NCBI GenBank assembly: GCA_965228875.1
Contig: OZ245843.1
Span: 1,408,616 to 1,472,615 of the forward strand
DNA: 64,000 nucleotides
From: Thalassobaculaceae bacterium
GTDB lineage: Bacteria; Pseudomonadota; Alphaproteobacteria; Thalassobaculales; Thalassobaculaceae
Reading direction: 5' to 3'
Shown piece by piece: positions 9,504 to 18,980 of the stretch; positions within the stretch are counted from its first letter, which is position 1; the number at the start of each line of letters is the position of its first letter. A program made the position numbers and the translations under genes. The notes beneath the pieces are model-generated. The model saw only the letters and a list, made by a program, of their open reading frames with translations, did no database searches and was not told the DNA's origin.

Positions 9504-10268
9504 CTATCGCGCGCTGTAGCCGCCGTCGAGCAGCAGGTCGGCGCCGGTCATGAAGCTGGACTCCTCGCTCGCCAGGAACACCGCTCCCTTGGCCATTTCC
9601 GCCGGCTGACCGAGACGGCCGAGCGGATGCATGGCCAGGCCCCAGTCCTTCTCCGCCTGAGGCATGTCGCCGAACTGCGCCACCATGCGGTCGGTCGCCG
9701 TTCCGCCGGGCGAGAGCGTGTTCACCCGGATGCCGTCCTCGGCGTGGTCCAGGGCCATGCCCTTGGCCATCTGCACCAGCGCGCCCTTGGTGGTGCAGTA
9801 GGCGGTGCTGCCGGCGCGGGCCACCCGCGCCATCTGCGAGGCCGTGAGGATGATCGACCCGCCGCCGGCACGTTTGAGGTGCGGGATGCCGTGCTTGCAG
9901 AGGTGGAACGCGCCGGTCAGGTTGACCGCCAAAGCCTGGGTCCAGTCCTCCTCCGCCAGGGTCTCGATGGTCGCGCGCGGTGTCAGGGTCGCGGCGTTGG
10001 CCACCAGGATGTCCAGCCCGCCGAAGGCACGGGCCGCCTGATCGACCACGTCCTTCACGCTGTCGGTGGAGCGCACGTCGCAATAGCCGCCCTCGGCCCG
10101 GCCGCCGGCGTCGCGCAGTGCCTTCGCCAGCCCCTCGGCCTCGCCCCCGTGCAGGTCGGCGACGAACACCGCCGCCCCCTCCTCCGCGAAGGCCTCGCAG
10201 ATCGCTCTGCCGATTCCCCGCGCGGCCCCGGTCACGATCGCCGCGCGGCCTTCAAGCCTGTCCGCCAT
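9504..10268 (-). CDS. SDR family oxidoreductase
   Basis: Motifs TGAARGIG, YCTTK (YxxxK) and IRVNTLSPG. Confidence 0.92.
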   Translation of the reverse strand: MADRLEGRAAIVTGAARGIGRAICEAFAEEGAAVFVADLHGGEAEGLAKALRDAGGRAEGGYCDVRSTDSVKDVVDQAARAFGGLDILVANAATLTPRATIETLAEEDWTQALAVNLTGAFHLCKHGIPHLKRAGGGSIILTASQMARVARAGSTAYCTTKGALVQMAKGMALDHAEDGIRVNTLSPGGTATDRMVAQFGDMPQAEKDWGLAMHPLGRLGQPAEMAKGAVFLASEESSFMTGADLLLDGGYSAR

Positions 10269-10281
10269 GTCCTGCCCTCCC

Positions 10282-11178
10282 CTACTCGTCGTCCACCGGA
10301 CCGGCAGTGATGATCGCGCCGGTGGTCGAGCGCGGATCGCGCAGGGTCCAGCGCCCGCACTCCACGGTGTGCAGAAAATCCTCGACCACCGCGTTGAACA
10401 GAGCCGGTTCCTCGATGTTCATGGTGTGTCCGGTCTTCGGCAGCACCGACAGCGCCGCCGACGGGATCAGCCGTTTCATGAAGTTGCCGACGTCGAGGCA
10501 CGGATCATCCTCGTCGCCGTTGACGATCAGGGTCGGCACGGTCAGCGCCTTCATCTCCTCGACCAGGTCGTAGAGCGACGGCCGGCGGGCCTGCACCCCG
10601 CGCATGGTGTTGGCCGACCCCAGGGTCGAATGCTCGCGCAGTTGGGTCTCGAACTCCTTCCAGCCGCGCGGGTCCTTGGTCTCGAACTGCACGCGGGTCG
10701 GCCCGATGGCGTAGGCCTGGCCGACCACGTCCATTCCCTCGGCGGCGATCCGGTCGGCAGTCGCCTCCGTCTCCCGGCGGAACTGCTCCCGACGGTCGGC
10801 GTCGGCCCCGTAGCCGCATCCCGCCACCGTCAGCGACAGGGCGCGGTCGGGATGGTGAAAGCCGAAGTGCAGGGTGGCGAAACCGCCCATGGACAGGCCG
10901 ACGATATGCGCGGCGTCGATGCCCAGGCCGTCGAGGATGGCGCGGATGTCCTCGCGCGCCCGGTCCTGACCGTAGGCCTCCGGGCTGTCGGGCACGTCCG
11001 AGGGCGGGTAGCCGCGCGCGGCGTAGGTCACGCAGCGGTAGCGGCGGCCGAAGTGACGCATCTGCGGCTCCCACGACCGGTGGTCGCCGGCATACTCGTG
11101 CACGAACACGATCGGCGTGCCTTCCCCCACCTCCTCGAAGTAGAGCTTCACCCCGTCATCGGTGGTTACGTGCCCCAT
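10282..11178 (-). CDS. Alpha/beta fold hydrolase
   Basis: VFVHEYAGD, GLSMGG nucleophile elbow, GDEDD and GHTMN. Start MGHVTT at 11178. Confidence 0.9.
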   Translation of the reverse strand: MGHVTTDDGVKLYFEEVGEGTPIVFVHEYAGDHRSWEPQMRHFGRRYRCVTYAARGYPPSDVPDSPEAYGQDRAREDIRAILDGLGIDAAHIVGLSMGGFATLHFGFHHPDRALSLTVAGCGYGADADRREQFRRETEATADRIAAEGMDVVGQAYAIGPTRVQFETKDPRGWKEFETQLREHSTLGSANTMRGVQARRPSLYDLVEEMKALTVPTLIVNGDEDDPCLDVGNFMKRLIPSAALSVLPKTGHTMNIEEPALFNAVVEDFLHTVECGRWTLRDPRSTTGAIITAGPVDDE

Positions 11179-11260
11179 GGCGTTTCCCCTGCTGAATGCC
11201 GCGATCCGTCTCTGATCGGGCATTGGACCACCGCTGCGATGGCCGGGCAATGGCCGCCCG

Positions 11261-12052
11261 TCAGCGCGACCGGGAAACCCGAATCGCCAGGTTGGCGTAG
11301 ACCGCCGCCACGACGCCCGACAGCACGAACGCGGTGACGACCGCCGCGACCGAGCCAAGCGGCCCCGCGAGCAGATGAAGCGCCAGACAGAAGCTGGCAT
11401 AGGCGACCAGCGACGGCTGCGCGGCGTTCAGGGTGGCGGCGGTGAAGTCCCGCCCGTAATGGCCCCACAGCATCCAGGTCGAGGCCAGCAGCGTCGTTGG
11501 GAAGGCCAGCAGAATGCCCGACCAGTGGGCACCGAGCCACGGGCTCGCCGTCGCGACGCTGGCGACGACCACGCCGGCCGCCAGACCGCGGGCGATCACG
11601 AAGGACCAACCCGCCGCGGCCGGAGGCGCGTTGGGTTTCGGAATGTCGCGCCGGCGCAGCAGATACGCCAGCCCGGCCCCCGCCAGCACCACGGCGCCGG
11701 CCACCCCCACCGTCGCCGGCAGGGCGTCGATGACGAGCACGCCGCCCAGCCATACGCAGATCGCCGTCAGCGACGTCAGCACGAACCCGAACCGGCGGGC
11801 GGCATGCACCCAGGTCGTGCAGTACAGAAGGATCACCCCCGTCACCCCGAATGCGACCAGCCCGCCCTGGGACAGGAACGCCGGTGGCTGCTCCAGGGCG
11901 ATGAACAGGAACCCCGGACCGGCGTTGAACGGCAGGGTGATCAGCACCGAGGTCAGCACCGGACCGAGCAGGCGCGCCAGCCGGCCGGCCGCGACGATCA
12001 CCGCCGCCGTCGCCAGGGTCTTCCAGAGGATCGAGAACAGGACGAGGGTCAT
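11261..12052 (-). CDS. Hypothetical integral membrane protein
   Basis: Many hydrophobic helices and two-fold internal similarity (LGPVLTSVLITLP / LGAHWSGILLAFP). Start is 12052 or 12067. Confidence 0.7.
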   Translation of the reverse strand: MTLVLFSILWKTLATAAVIVAAGRLARLLGPVLTSVLITLPFNAGPGFLFIALEQPPAFLSQGGLVAFGVTGVILLYCTTWVHAARRFGFVLTSLTAICVWLGGVLVIDALPATVGVAGAVVLAGAGLAYLLRRRDIPKPNAPPAAAGWSFVIARGLAAGVVVASVATASPWLGAHWSGILLAFPTTLLASTWMLWGHYGRDFTAATLNAAQPSLVAYASFCLALHLLAGPLGSVAAVVTAFVLSGVVAAVYANLAIRVSRSR

Positions 12053-12107
12053 GGGGGCGCCAGACAACCGCCGGCCACCACCGAAAGCAACCCGTTATCG
12101 GCGCGGG

Positions 12108-13073
12108 TCAGGTATCGAGCCCACGCGCGGCTGTCGGTGCTTCGAACGACAGGGTGCCCAACCCGTCCGCCGCACCTCCCGCCCAGTCGAGGATCGCCGA
12201 GACCAGGCGGCCCGACGGGGCATCCGGCGAATCGTCGGCCCGGGTCACCGCCCACCAGTCAAGGGCCAGCCCCTCCGGGCCGATCGGCCGCGCGACCAAC
12301 GTCCCGTCGGCCAGTTCCGGTTCGATGGCCCAACGGCTGAACAGCGCCACACCGTAGCCGGCACGCAGCAGGTCGATCGCCGCCTCCGGCGTCGCCAACG
12401 CGGTCAGTCGACGGTAGGGCGTGGTCGGCGGCCCGATCATGGTCTCCCACTCGAAACCCGGCTCGCTGGCGAACGGATAGGTGAACACCCGCTCGTCGGC
12501 GAGCGTCGTGGAGTCGACGTGCTGCGCCGCCGCCAGCCGATGATCCGGCGCCATCACCGCGACGATCGGGTCGGTCGCGAGCCAGTGCCAGCGGAAGCGC
12601 CGGGACCCGGTCGGCCGTCCGAACACCGTCGAGACGTCGACAACGCCGTCCTGCAGCGAGCCGAGCGGACGGGTCGTCGCACTGCCCGCCAGATCGAAGG
12701 CCAGGCCGGGATCGCGGCGTTCCAGAAAGTCGAGAAAGGCCGGAAGCCAGTGATAGCGGCTGTAGGTCGCCTGGCCGAGACGAACCAGCGCGCGCCCCTC
12801 GGCCCGCGCGCTCCCGATGTCCTGTTCGAGACGCGACAGTTCGCGAAGATACCGGGCCGCGAAGGCGTAGAGCCGCTCGCCCTCCTCGGTCAGGGCAACG
12901 CCTGTCGCGCTTCGCCGGACCAGCGGCGCACCGAGCCGTCGCTCCGCTTCGCGCAGACGATGGGAAGCCGCCGACTGGGTGACGCCGAGACGGATGCCGG
13001 CGGCGGCCACACTACCCGCCTCCGCCAGCGCCACGATCAACGCCAGATGATGTGTGCCGAGCCTGGGGTGCAT
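12108..13073 (-). CDS. LysR family transcriptional regulator
   Basis: HTH GSVAAAGIRLGVTQSAASHRLREAE plus substrate-binding domain. Divergent from an EamA gene. Start is 13073 or 13094. Confidence 0.92.
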   Translation of the reverse strand: MHPRLGTHHLALIVALAEAGSVAAAGIRLGVTQSAASHRLREAERRLGAPLVRRSATGVALTEEGERLYAFAARYLRELSRLEQDIGSARAEGRALVRLGQATYSRYHWLPAFLDFLERRDPGLAFDLAGSATTRPLGSLQDGVVDVSTVFGRPTGSRRFRWHWLATDPIVAVMAPDHRLAAAQHVDSTTLADERVFTYPFASEPGFEWETMIGPPTTPYRRLTALATPEAAIDLLRAGYGVALFSRWAIEPELADGTLVARPIGPEGLALDWWAVTRADDSPDAPSGRLVSAILDWAGGAADGLGTLSFEAPTAARGLDT

Positions 13074-13089
13074 CCGGGCATTAAAACAT

Positions 13090-13106
13090 TTCATGTCGAG
13101 GATGAA
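13090..13106. promoter_or_regulatory. LysR recognition box
   Basis: Dyad TTCAT-N7-ATGAA containing T-N11-A, in the AT-rich divergent spacer. Confidence 0.65.
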
Positions 13107-13151
13107 TATTTGGAAGTTTTCGACTGGCGGTCCACGCGATAGCCAGAGTCC

Positions 13152-14060
13152 ATGACCCGGCCCGATCCCCTCCCCCGCTTCAAACCGGCCCTGACACCGG
13201 GCGGCGCGACACTGCTTGTCGTCGCCGCGTCGATCGGATTCGGACTCGTCCCGCTGTTCGCGCGCGGGCTGTTGGAGATGGGGCTCGCTCCCGCCGCCAT
13301 CGCCTTCTTCCGCTACGCGTTCAGCGGGCTTTTTCTGCTCCCCTTCCTGCCAACGGCCCGGGCCAAGCGGCGCGATGCCCTGCGCCTCGCCGGCGCCGGC
13401 GTCCTCATGGGCCTCGGTTGGGTCAGCTACCTGCAGGCGATCGACACCGCGACGGTCGCCGCCGCGGGCGTCATCTACATGACCTACCCGGTCTTCGCTC
13501 TGCTGCTCTCGTGGCTGCTGGTCCGGCAGACGCCCAGTCCACGCGCCTGGGTCGGCTGCGCGCTGGTGCTCGCCGCCGCCATGCTCCTATTCGACGGCGG
13601 GATCGACGGCGCGGTGTCCTGGGCGTTGCTGCTATCGCTGCCGGCGCCGATCCTGTTCGCCCTCATCATCGTTGTCCTGACCTGTCTGACGCCGACGCTC
13701 TCCACCAGCGAAAAGCTGGCCTCCGGCATGGTCGGCTCGGTCATCGGCCTGGCGCCGGTCGTCGCGCTGACCGACCCGGCCGGCTTCGTGCCACGGGACG
13801 CCGGCGTCTGGCTGACGATTCTGGGCATGGGCGCGGTGACGGCGCTGCTGCCGCAACTGCTCTACACCCTGGCAGCGCCGAAGATCGGACCGGGCCGGGC
13901 GTCCGCAGCGGGCGCGGTCGAACTGCCGACCATGATCGCCCTCGGCTGGGTGCTGTTCGGCGAGGCCGTGGGCGCCCGCGAGATCGCCGCGTCGGCCCTG
14001 GTCCTCACCGCCATCATTGTCGTTCCCTCGGTGGCGCCGCCGCGTCCGGCCCGCGCCTGA
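13152..14060 (+). CDS. DMT/EamA family transporter
   Basis: About 10 hydrophobic helices in two EamA repeats (IAFFRY, YMTYPVF, LGWVLFGE). Confidence 0.88.
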   Translation: MTRPDPLPRFKPALTPGGATLLVVAASIGFGLVPLFARGLLEMGLAPAAIAFFRYAFSGLFLLPFLPTARAKRRDALRLAGAGVLMGLGWVSYLQAIDTATVAAAGVIYMTYPVFALLLSWLLVRQTPSPRAWVGCALVLAAAMLLFDGGIDGAVSWALLLSLPAPILFALIIVVLTCLTPTLSTSEKLASGMVGSVIGLAPVVALTDPAGFVPRDAGVWLTILGMGAVTALLPQLLYTLAAPKIGPGRASAAGAVELPTMIALGWVLFGEAVGAREIAASALVLTAIIVVPSVAPPRPARA

Positions 14061-14087
14061 CGCTTTCCGACACCGTGGCGCGCCGGA

Positions 14088-14834
14088 TCAGCGCTCGAGG
14101 AACTGCACGGGCGTCCACACGCCGGTCGCCGGATGCGGGGCGACCGCCGTGTAGCCGCCGGTCCGCAGCGAGCCGCCGGTCGCACTCAGGAAGTAGAAGA
14201 CGACCGGCCGCATTTTGCCCGACGCCGTGTACTCCTCGCCGACCACCGACAGGTACAATCCGTCACACTGGTTCTGCGCGTTGATCGTCCAGGGTCCCTT
14301 GCGTTCCACGGCACGCGGTCCGCACGGGGTCAGCGACGGTTCTCGGAACGCGCCGAGCGACACCCCACGGCGAACCGCCTCCTCGACCGCATCCGCAACA
14401 TTGGCCGAAACGGCGAGCTGGAACCAGGCCGACCACAGGTCGAGCACGTCGGCGTGAAGCGTATGCTTCGGCGCATCCGTCGGCTCGAACGTCGCGGCGC
14501 GGTAGCGGTTGCCCATCCGGCAGACATCGGTGACCACCGTCTCCCTGGCCATCGCGGCGCTGGTGCGGGCGTAGTAGCCCTCGGCCTGTGCCGTGCGCAG
14601 GGTGGCGCAGTCGGCGACGGGTTCTCGATCGGTCGCGGACTGCGTCGCCGGATCGTAGATCTCCATGGCCAGCGGCTCCTCCCGCAGCAGCAGGTCGGGA
14701 TCGGCGAACCACGCGACCACATCGGGAGAGAGACGGACGAGAACGACCGGATCCGTTTCGTCCGCGCCCGCCGGCACCGGTCGGGCCGAAAACGCGAGAA
14801 TCAGCGCCAGAACGGCCGCGGCGGATCGCAACAT
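14088..14834 (-). CDS. Hypothetical secreted protein
   Basis: Signal-peptide-like MLRSAAAVLALILAFSARPVPAG and four Cys. Starts 5 bp after the gamma-CA stop. Confidence 0.6.
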   Translation of the reverse strand: MLRSAAAVLALILAFSARPVPAGADETDPVVLVRLSPDVVAWFADPDLLLREEPLAMEIYDPATQSATDREPVADCATLRTAQAEGYYARTSAAMARETVVTDVCRMGNRYRAATFEPTDAPKHTLHADVLDLWSAWFQLAVSANVADAVEEAVRRGVSLGAFREPSLTPCGPRAVERKGPWTINAQNQCDGLYLSVVGEEYTASGKMRPVVFYFLSATGGSLRTGGYTAVAPHPATGVWTPVQFLER

Positions 14835-14839
14835 CGTCC

Positions 14840-15361
14840 TCACCCGCCGGACATGTAGCTGCGCGCCAGATCGCAGTAGCTCTGGGCGGAGCGGCGGATC
14901 ATCTCGAAATCGGCGTCGGTCAGGTCGCGCATCTTCCGCGCCGGCGACCCGGCCCACAGCTCCCCGGTCGGCACCACCTTGCCCGGCGTCACCAGCGCGC
15001 CGGCGGCGACCATGGCATGGCGCTGCACCACCGCGCCGTCGAGCACCGTGGCGCCCATGCCCACGAAGCTGTCGTCCTCCAGGGTGCAGGCATGGATGAT
15101 CGCGCCGTGACCGATGGTGATGCCGGATCCGATGACCGTGGGGAACCGGTTGGAGGTGATATGGACGATCGTCCCGTCCTGCACGTTGGTCCTCGACCCG
15201 ACCTTGATCGAATGCCCGTCGCCGCGCAGGACCGTGTTGTACCAGATCGACGAGTCCTCGCCGATCTCGACCTCACCGATGAGCACGGCGGTCTCGGCGA
15301 TGAATGCGCCGGTCGCCACGCGGGGCGTCTGGCCGTGGTGGGGGCGGATCAGGGCTGGCAT
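14840..15361 (-). CDS. Gamma carbonic anhydrase family protein (YrdA-like)
   Basis: Hexapeptide repeats with LRGD, TNVQDGTIVH and IGHGAIIHAC. Confidence 0.92.
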   Translation of the reverse strand: MPALIRPHHGQTPRVATGAFIAETAVLIGEVEIGEDSSIWYNTVLRGDGHSIKVGSRTNVQDGTIVHITSNRFPTVIGSGITIGHGAIIHACTLEDDSFVGMGATVLDGAVVQRHAMVAAGALVTPGKVVPTGELWAGSPARKMRDLTDADFEMIRRSAQSYCDLARSYMSGG

Positions 15362-15469
15362 CTGGTTCCTCCAATGGCATGATCTTTTGATGCGCACTCT
15401 AGCCGAACCGGTCCCCACCCTTAACCGCCGAAGTGGCGAAACCGTGACGGCGCCGGCGGACGGCCGGCG

Positions 15470-16048
15470 ATGAGCGTCGCCCCCATCGCCCTTCTCACGG
15501 ACATGGTGCCCGCCGCGGCGATCTCGACCCTGTCGGCGGCGCGCGGCCTGCCCAACACGGTGTTCTTCGTGTCGGGCCGGGCGGCGCTGGACCGCCTGTT
15601 CGAGCCGTTCGACGCGGAACGCCCGTGGCCCGGCCGGCTGATCGCCTTCTACAGCGAGGTGATCGTCCCCCGACGCTACCTGGACGCCATGTCGCTGGAA
15701 CCGGTCAATATCCATCCCGCGCCGCCGGAGTACCCGGGCAGACGGGCCCTTGAGTTCGCCCTGCACGATCGGGTCGAGAGCTACGGCGTGACCGCGCATG
15801 TCATGACCCTGCCGGTCGACTCCGGACCGATTCTCTCCGTCCAACGGTTCCCGCTCGCCCCGACGATGACCGAGGAGGCGGTCCGCTACCTCACCTGGCG
15901 GGCCGGATTCGCGATGATGTTCGCCCTGATGCCGAGCCTGGGGGCGGACGCCCCGCTTGAGCCCGATCCGAGCCTGCGCTGGGGAGATCGCGACTGCAGC
16001 GAGGCGGCATGGCGCGCGGTCTCCACCGCCGAGATGCCAACCGGCTAG
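15470..16048 (+). CDS. Formyltransferase family protein
   Basis: Catalytic motifs NIHPAPPEYPG and GVTAHVMTLPVDSGPI. Confidence 0.8.
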   Translation: MSVAPIALLTDMVPAAAISTLSAARGLPNTVFFVSGRAALDRLFEPFDAERPWPGRLIAFYSEVIVPRRYLDAMSLEPVNIHPAPPEYPGRRALEFALHDRVESYGVTAHVMTLPVDSGPILSVQRFPLAPTMTEEAVRYLTWRAGFAMMFALMPSLGADAPLEPDPSLRWGDRDCSEAAWRAVSTAEMPTG

Positions 16049-16632
16049 CCCGCCGCGAGCGCTCGACGGGCCAGATCCTGCATGGCGGCAATGTAGCGGC
16101 GCTGCGGCCAGCCGCACTCCGTCACGAGCTGTTCCCACGTCCGCACCGACAGCAGCGCCCACAGCAGGTCCGTGGCGACCTCCGGCTCCAGGTCCTGCCG
16201 TAGCGCATGGTCCACCGACAGGTCGCGGACCGCCGCGGCACAGCCGTCGCGCAGGGCAGCCATCCGGTCGTCCCAGGCGGCCGCCGCCTCGGCGTCGGTG
16301 TCGCGCATCGCCAGCAGCGCGCGACAGACCGCATGAACCTCTGGGATGTAATTGCCCCAGGCCGCGACGAAGGCGTCGAGCCGGGTGAGCCCGTCGGTCG
16401 CCTGCCGGCTCGCGGCCAGGCGGCCGTCGACATCCTTCTCGACATCGATATGGCGGGTCGTCGCGATCAGCAGATCGGCCCGGCTCGGGAAGTGGAGGTA
16501 GACCGCCTGACGGCTGATCCCGGCACGTCGCGCCACGTCGGCCATGCGCACGCCCTTGCCGTCGCTCTCCTCGAGCAGGCCCCAGGCGGCATCGAGGATG
16601 CGGGTTCGTGTATCGGTTCGCTCACTTGACAT
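16045..16632 (-). CDS. TetR/AcrR family transcriptional regulator
   Basis: HTH TRILDAA...MADVARRAGISRQAVYLHFPSR. Confidence 0.93.
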   Translation of the reverse strand: MSSERTDTRTRILDAAWGLLEESDGKGVRMADVARRAGISRQAVYLHFPSRADLLIATTRHIDVEKDVDGRLAASRQATDGLTRLDAFVAAWGNYIPEVHAVCRALLAMRDTDAEAAAAWDDRMAALRDGCAAAVRDLSVDHALRQDLEPEVATDLLWALLSVRTWEQLVTECGWPQRRYIAAMQDLARRALAAG

Positions 16633-16681
16633 GGCGTCAATGTACCCATATTTGACACTGCGTCAATTGACACAGCGTCAA
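16626..16681. promoter_or_regulatory. Three TTGAC-N5-GTCAA operators (probable TetR sites)
   Basis: TTGACATGGCGTCAA (16626-16640), TTGACACTGCGTCAA (16652-16666) and TTGACACAGCGTCAA (16667-16681). Confidence 0.8.
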
Positions 16682-16704
16682 GTTCACCTCACAAGGAACC
16701 CACC

Positions 16705-17289
16705 ATGACCAAGCGCATCTTCATCTGGGTCGCCCACCCCAAGGCCGACTCGCTCTGCAAGAGCATGGCCGACGCCTATCAGGCCGGTATCGAGGCCGAG
16801 GGCGGCACCACCATCCGAATGGACCTGAGCAACATGTCCTTCGACCTGAACACCGACGGCTATCTCGACGAGACGCCGCCGCTCGAGCCGGATCTGCTGG
16901 CCTGGCAGGAGGCGGTCCGCTGGGCCGACCACCTGATGATCATTCATCCGTACTGGTGGGGATCCATGCCGACCAAGGCCAAGGCGGTGATCGACCGTGC
17001 CCTCAGTCCCGGCTTCGCGTTCAAGTATCACCGCCGCGGCGTCGCCTGGGACAAGCTGCTGGCCGGCAAGACCGCTGACGTGTTCATCACCTCCGACACG
17101 CCGCCCCTGCTCGACACGCTGCTGTACTGGCGCGCCGGCCGCCGGGTGCTGCGCAATCAGGTGCTGGGCTTCTGCGGGGTCAAGACCCGACGCACGATCC
17201 AGTTCGGCTCGGTTAAGACGGCGACACCGCAGAAGATCCGCGCCTGGATCGACCGGGTCCACACGCTGGGCGCCCGCGCCGCCGCATGA
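16705..17289 (+). CDS. NAD(P)H-dependent oxidoreductase (flavodoxin-2/quinone reductase-like)
   Basis: Motifs AHPKADSLC, WADHLMIIHPYWWGSMP and IDRALSPGFAF. Confidence 0.9.
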   Translation: MTKRIFIWVAHPKADSLCKSMADAYQAGIEAEGGTTIRMDLSNMSFDLNTDGYLDETPPLEPDLLAWQEAVRWADHLMIIHPYWWGSMPTKAKAVIDRALSPGFAFKYHRRGVAWDKLLAGKTADVFITSDTPPLLDTLLYWRAGRRVLRNQVLGFCGVKTRRTIQFGSVKTATPQKIRAWIDRVHTLGARAAA

Positions 17290-17371
17290 CGCCGCCCCCT
17301 GACAAACGGCGCCCCCGCTCCATATCGGCCCTGTCTCTCACCGTCACCGGGCCAGGAAGCGGGGCCGCAGC

Positions 17372-17815
17372 ATGACCGATCTAGGGGCCTATGGCGGCCT
17401 GTTCGCGATCTCCTTCCTGGCGGCGACCTTCTTTCCCGCGCAGTCGGAGATCATGCTGACGGCGCTGCTGCTCGGCGGCGACTTCTCGGTCGCCGCCCTG
17501 GTCGTCGTCGCCAGCATCGGCAACACGCTCGGTTCGGTCGTGAACTGGGCGATCGGCCTGCAGGTCGAGCGCTTCAAGCACCGACGCTGGTTCCCGGCGA
17601 CGCCGGATCAGCTCGACCGGGCGTCCGCCTGGTACCGGAAGTACGGTTGCTGGTCGCTGCTGCTGAGTTGGGCGCCGTTCATCGGCGACCCTCTGACCCT
17701 GGCCGCCGGCATCCTGCGCGAGCCCTTCGGAACCTTCCTGATCCTCGTCGCCATCGCCAAGACCGCCCGCTACATCATCGTCGCCGCCCTGACCCTGGGC
17801 GTGCTGCAGCTCTGA
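17372..17815 (+). CDS. YqaA family (DedA/VTT) membrane protein
   Basis: Motifs SFLAATFFPAQSE, GNTLGSVVNW and LLSWAPFIGDPL. Confidence 0.9.
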   Translation: MTDLGAYGGLFAISFLAATFFPAQSEIMLTALLLGGDFSVAALVVVASIGNTLGSVVNWAIGLQVERFKHRRWFPATPDQLDRASAWYRKYGCWSLLLSWAPFIGDPLTLAAGILREPFGTFLILVAIAKTARYIIVAALTLGVLQL

Positions 17816-17879
17816 CGGTCCGTTTGCGCGCCGGCCCGATCCCGCCTATTGGAGGGGAAACGCCGCGCGGGTTCCGACC

Positions 17880-18812
17880 ATGGCCGACTTCCTCCTCTCG
17901 ATCGCCCCGATCTTCCTGATGATCGTGCTCGGCCACGCGCTGCGTCGCGGTGGCATCCCGAACACCGAGTTCTGGAACCTGAACGACAAGCTCGTCTACT
18001 GGGTGCTGATGCCGTGTCTGCTGTTCTACAAGACGTCGACGATCACGCTCACGCTGGACTTCATCGGCACCTATGCCACGGTCATCGTCGGCGCCTTCGC
18101 CTGCGCGGCCGCGTTCGGTCTGATCTCGGCCCGGCTCGCCGGACTGTCCGCCCCGATCGCAAGCTCGGTGCTCCAAGGCAGCGCCCGGCACAACACCTTC
18201 ATCGCCCTGGCCGTCGCCGAGCGGGTCTACGGGACCGACGGCCTGACCCTCGCCGCCCTGGTCACGGCGATCCTGATCCCCGTGACCAACCTGTCCCTCG
18301 TCCCGATCATGGTGGCGATGCTGCGCCAGAGCGGGGAGAAGGGCTACATCAGGCCGATCCTGCGCGACCTCGGCCGCAATCCCCTGCTGATCTCCGTCGG
18401 ACTAGGGTTTGCCTTCAACCTCTCCGGCCTGGGCGCGGTGCCGATCCTGCACGAGACCTGCCAGATCCTCGGCGCGGCCGCCCTGCCGATCGTGCTGATG
18501 TGTGTCGGCGCCAACATCCGACTGCGGGCGATGCAGACGTCCACGGTCCCGGTCATCCTCTCGACGCTCGGCAAGATGGCGGTCTTTCCGCTGATGATCG
18601 TCGTACTGTCCCAGGCGCTCGGCCTGTCCAACCTGGAGATGCATGTGGCCCTGCTGTTCGGCGCCGCACCGACGGCCTCCGCGGCCTATACCCTGGCCCG
18701 GCAGCTCGGCGGCGACGCGCCGCTCATGGCCGCGATCGTCACCATCCAGACGGCGCTGTCCTTCGTCACCCTGCCGTTCACCGTGCATCTGGCCGAAATG
18801 CTGGTCGGCTGA
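17880..18812 (+). CDS. AEC family transporter
   Basis: Motifs LVYWVLMPCLLF, LGRNPLL and PTASAAYTLARQLGGD. Confidence 0.88.
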   Translation: MADFLLSIAPIFLMIVLGHALRRGGIPNTEFWNLNDKLVYWVLMPCLLFYKTSTITLTLDFIGTYATVIVGAFACAAAFGLISARLAGLSAPIASSVLQGSARHNTFIALAVAERVYGTDGLTLAALVTAILIPVTNLSLVPIMVAMLRQSGEKGYIRPILRDLGRNPLLISVGLGFAFNLSGLGAVPILHETCQILGAAALPIVLMCVGANIRLRAMQTSTVPVILSTLGKMAVFPLMIVVLSQALGLSNLEMHVALLFGAAPTASAAYTLARQLGGDAPLMAAIVTIQTALSFVTLPFTVHLAEMLVG

Positions 18813-18980
18813 CCGCAAGCGCCATTGGCGCCCGAGCGGCGCGACACCGTTTCGTGCGCGACGGTACCTCCGCATCTCCTCTAGGGTTGTAATCCGGTCC
18901 GCCGGCGACAAGTACGCACGGGAACGGGGGCACCCCCTGCGCGGGACCCTTCAGCAAGCCATCAGGAGAATGGATCCGTC

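Noticed and set aside
16626..16681. FNR/FixK boxes or a mini-CRISPR
   Set aside because: The spacer is N5, not the N4 of FNR/FixK boxes. The repeats are 15 bp with 0-11 bp gaps and there are no cas genes.
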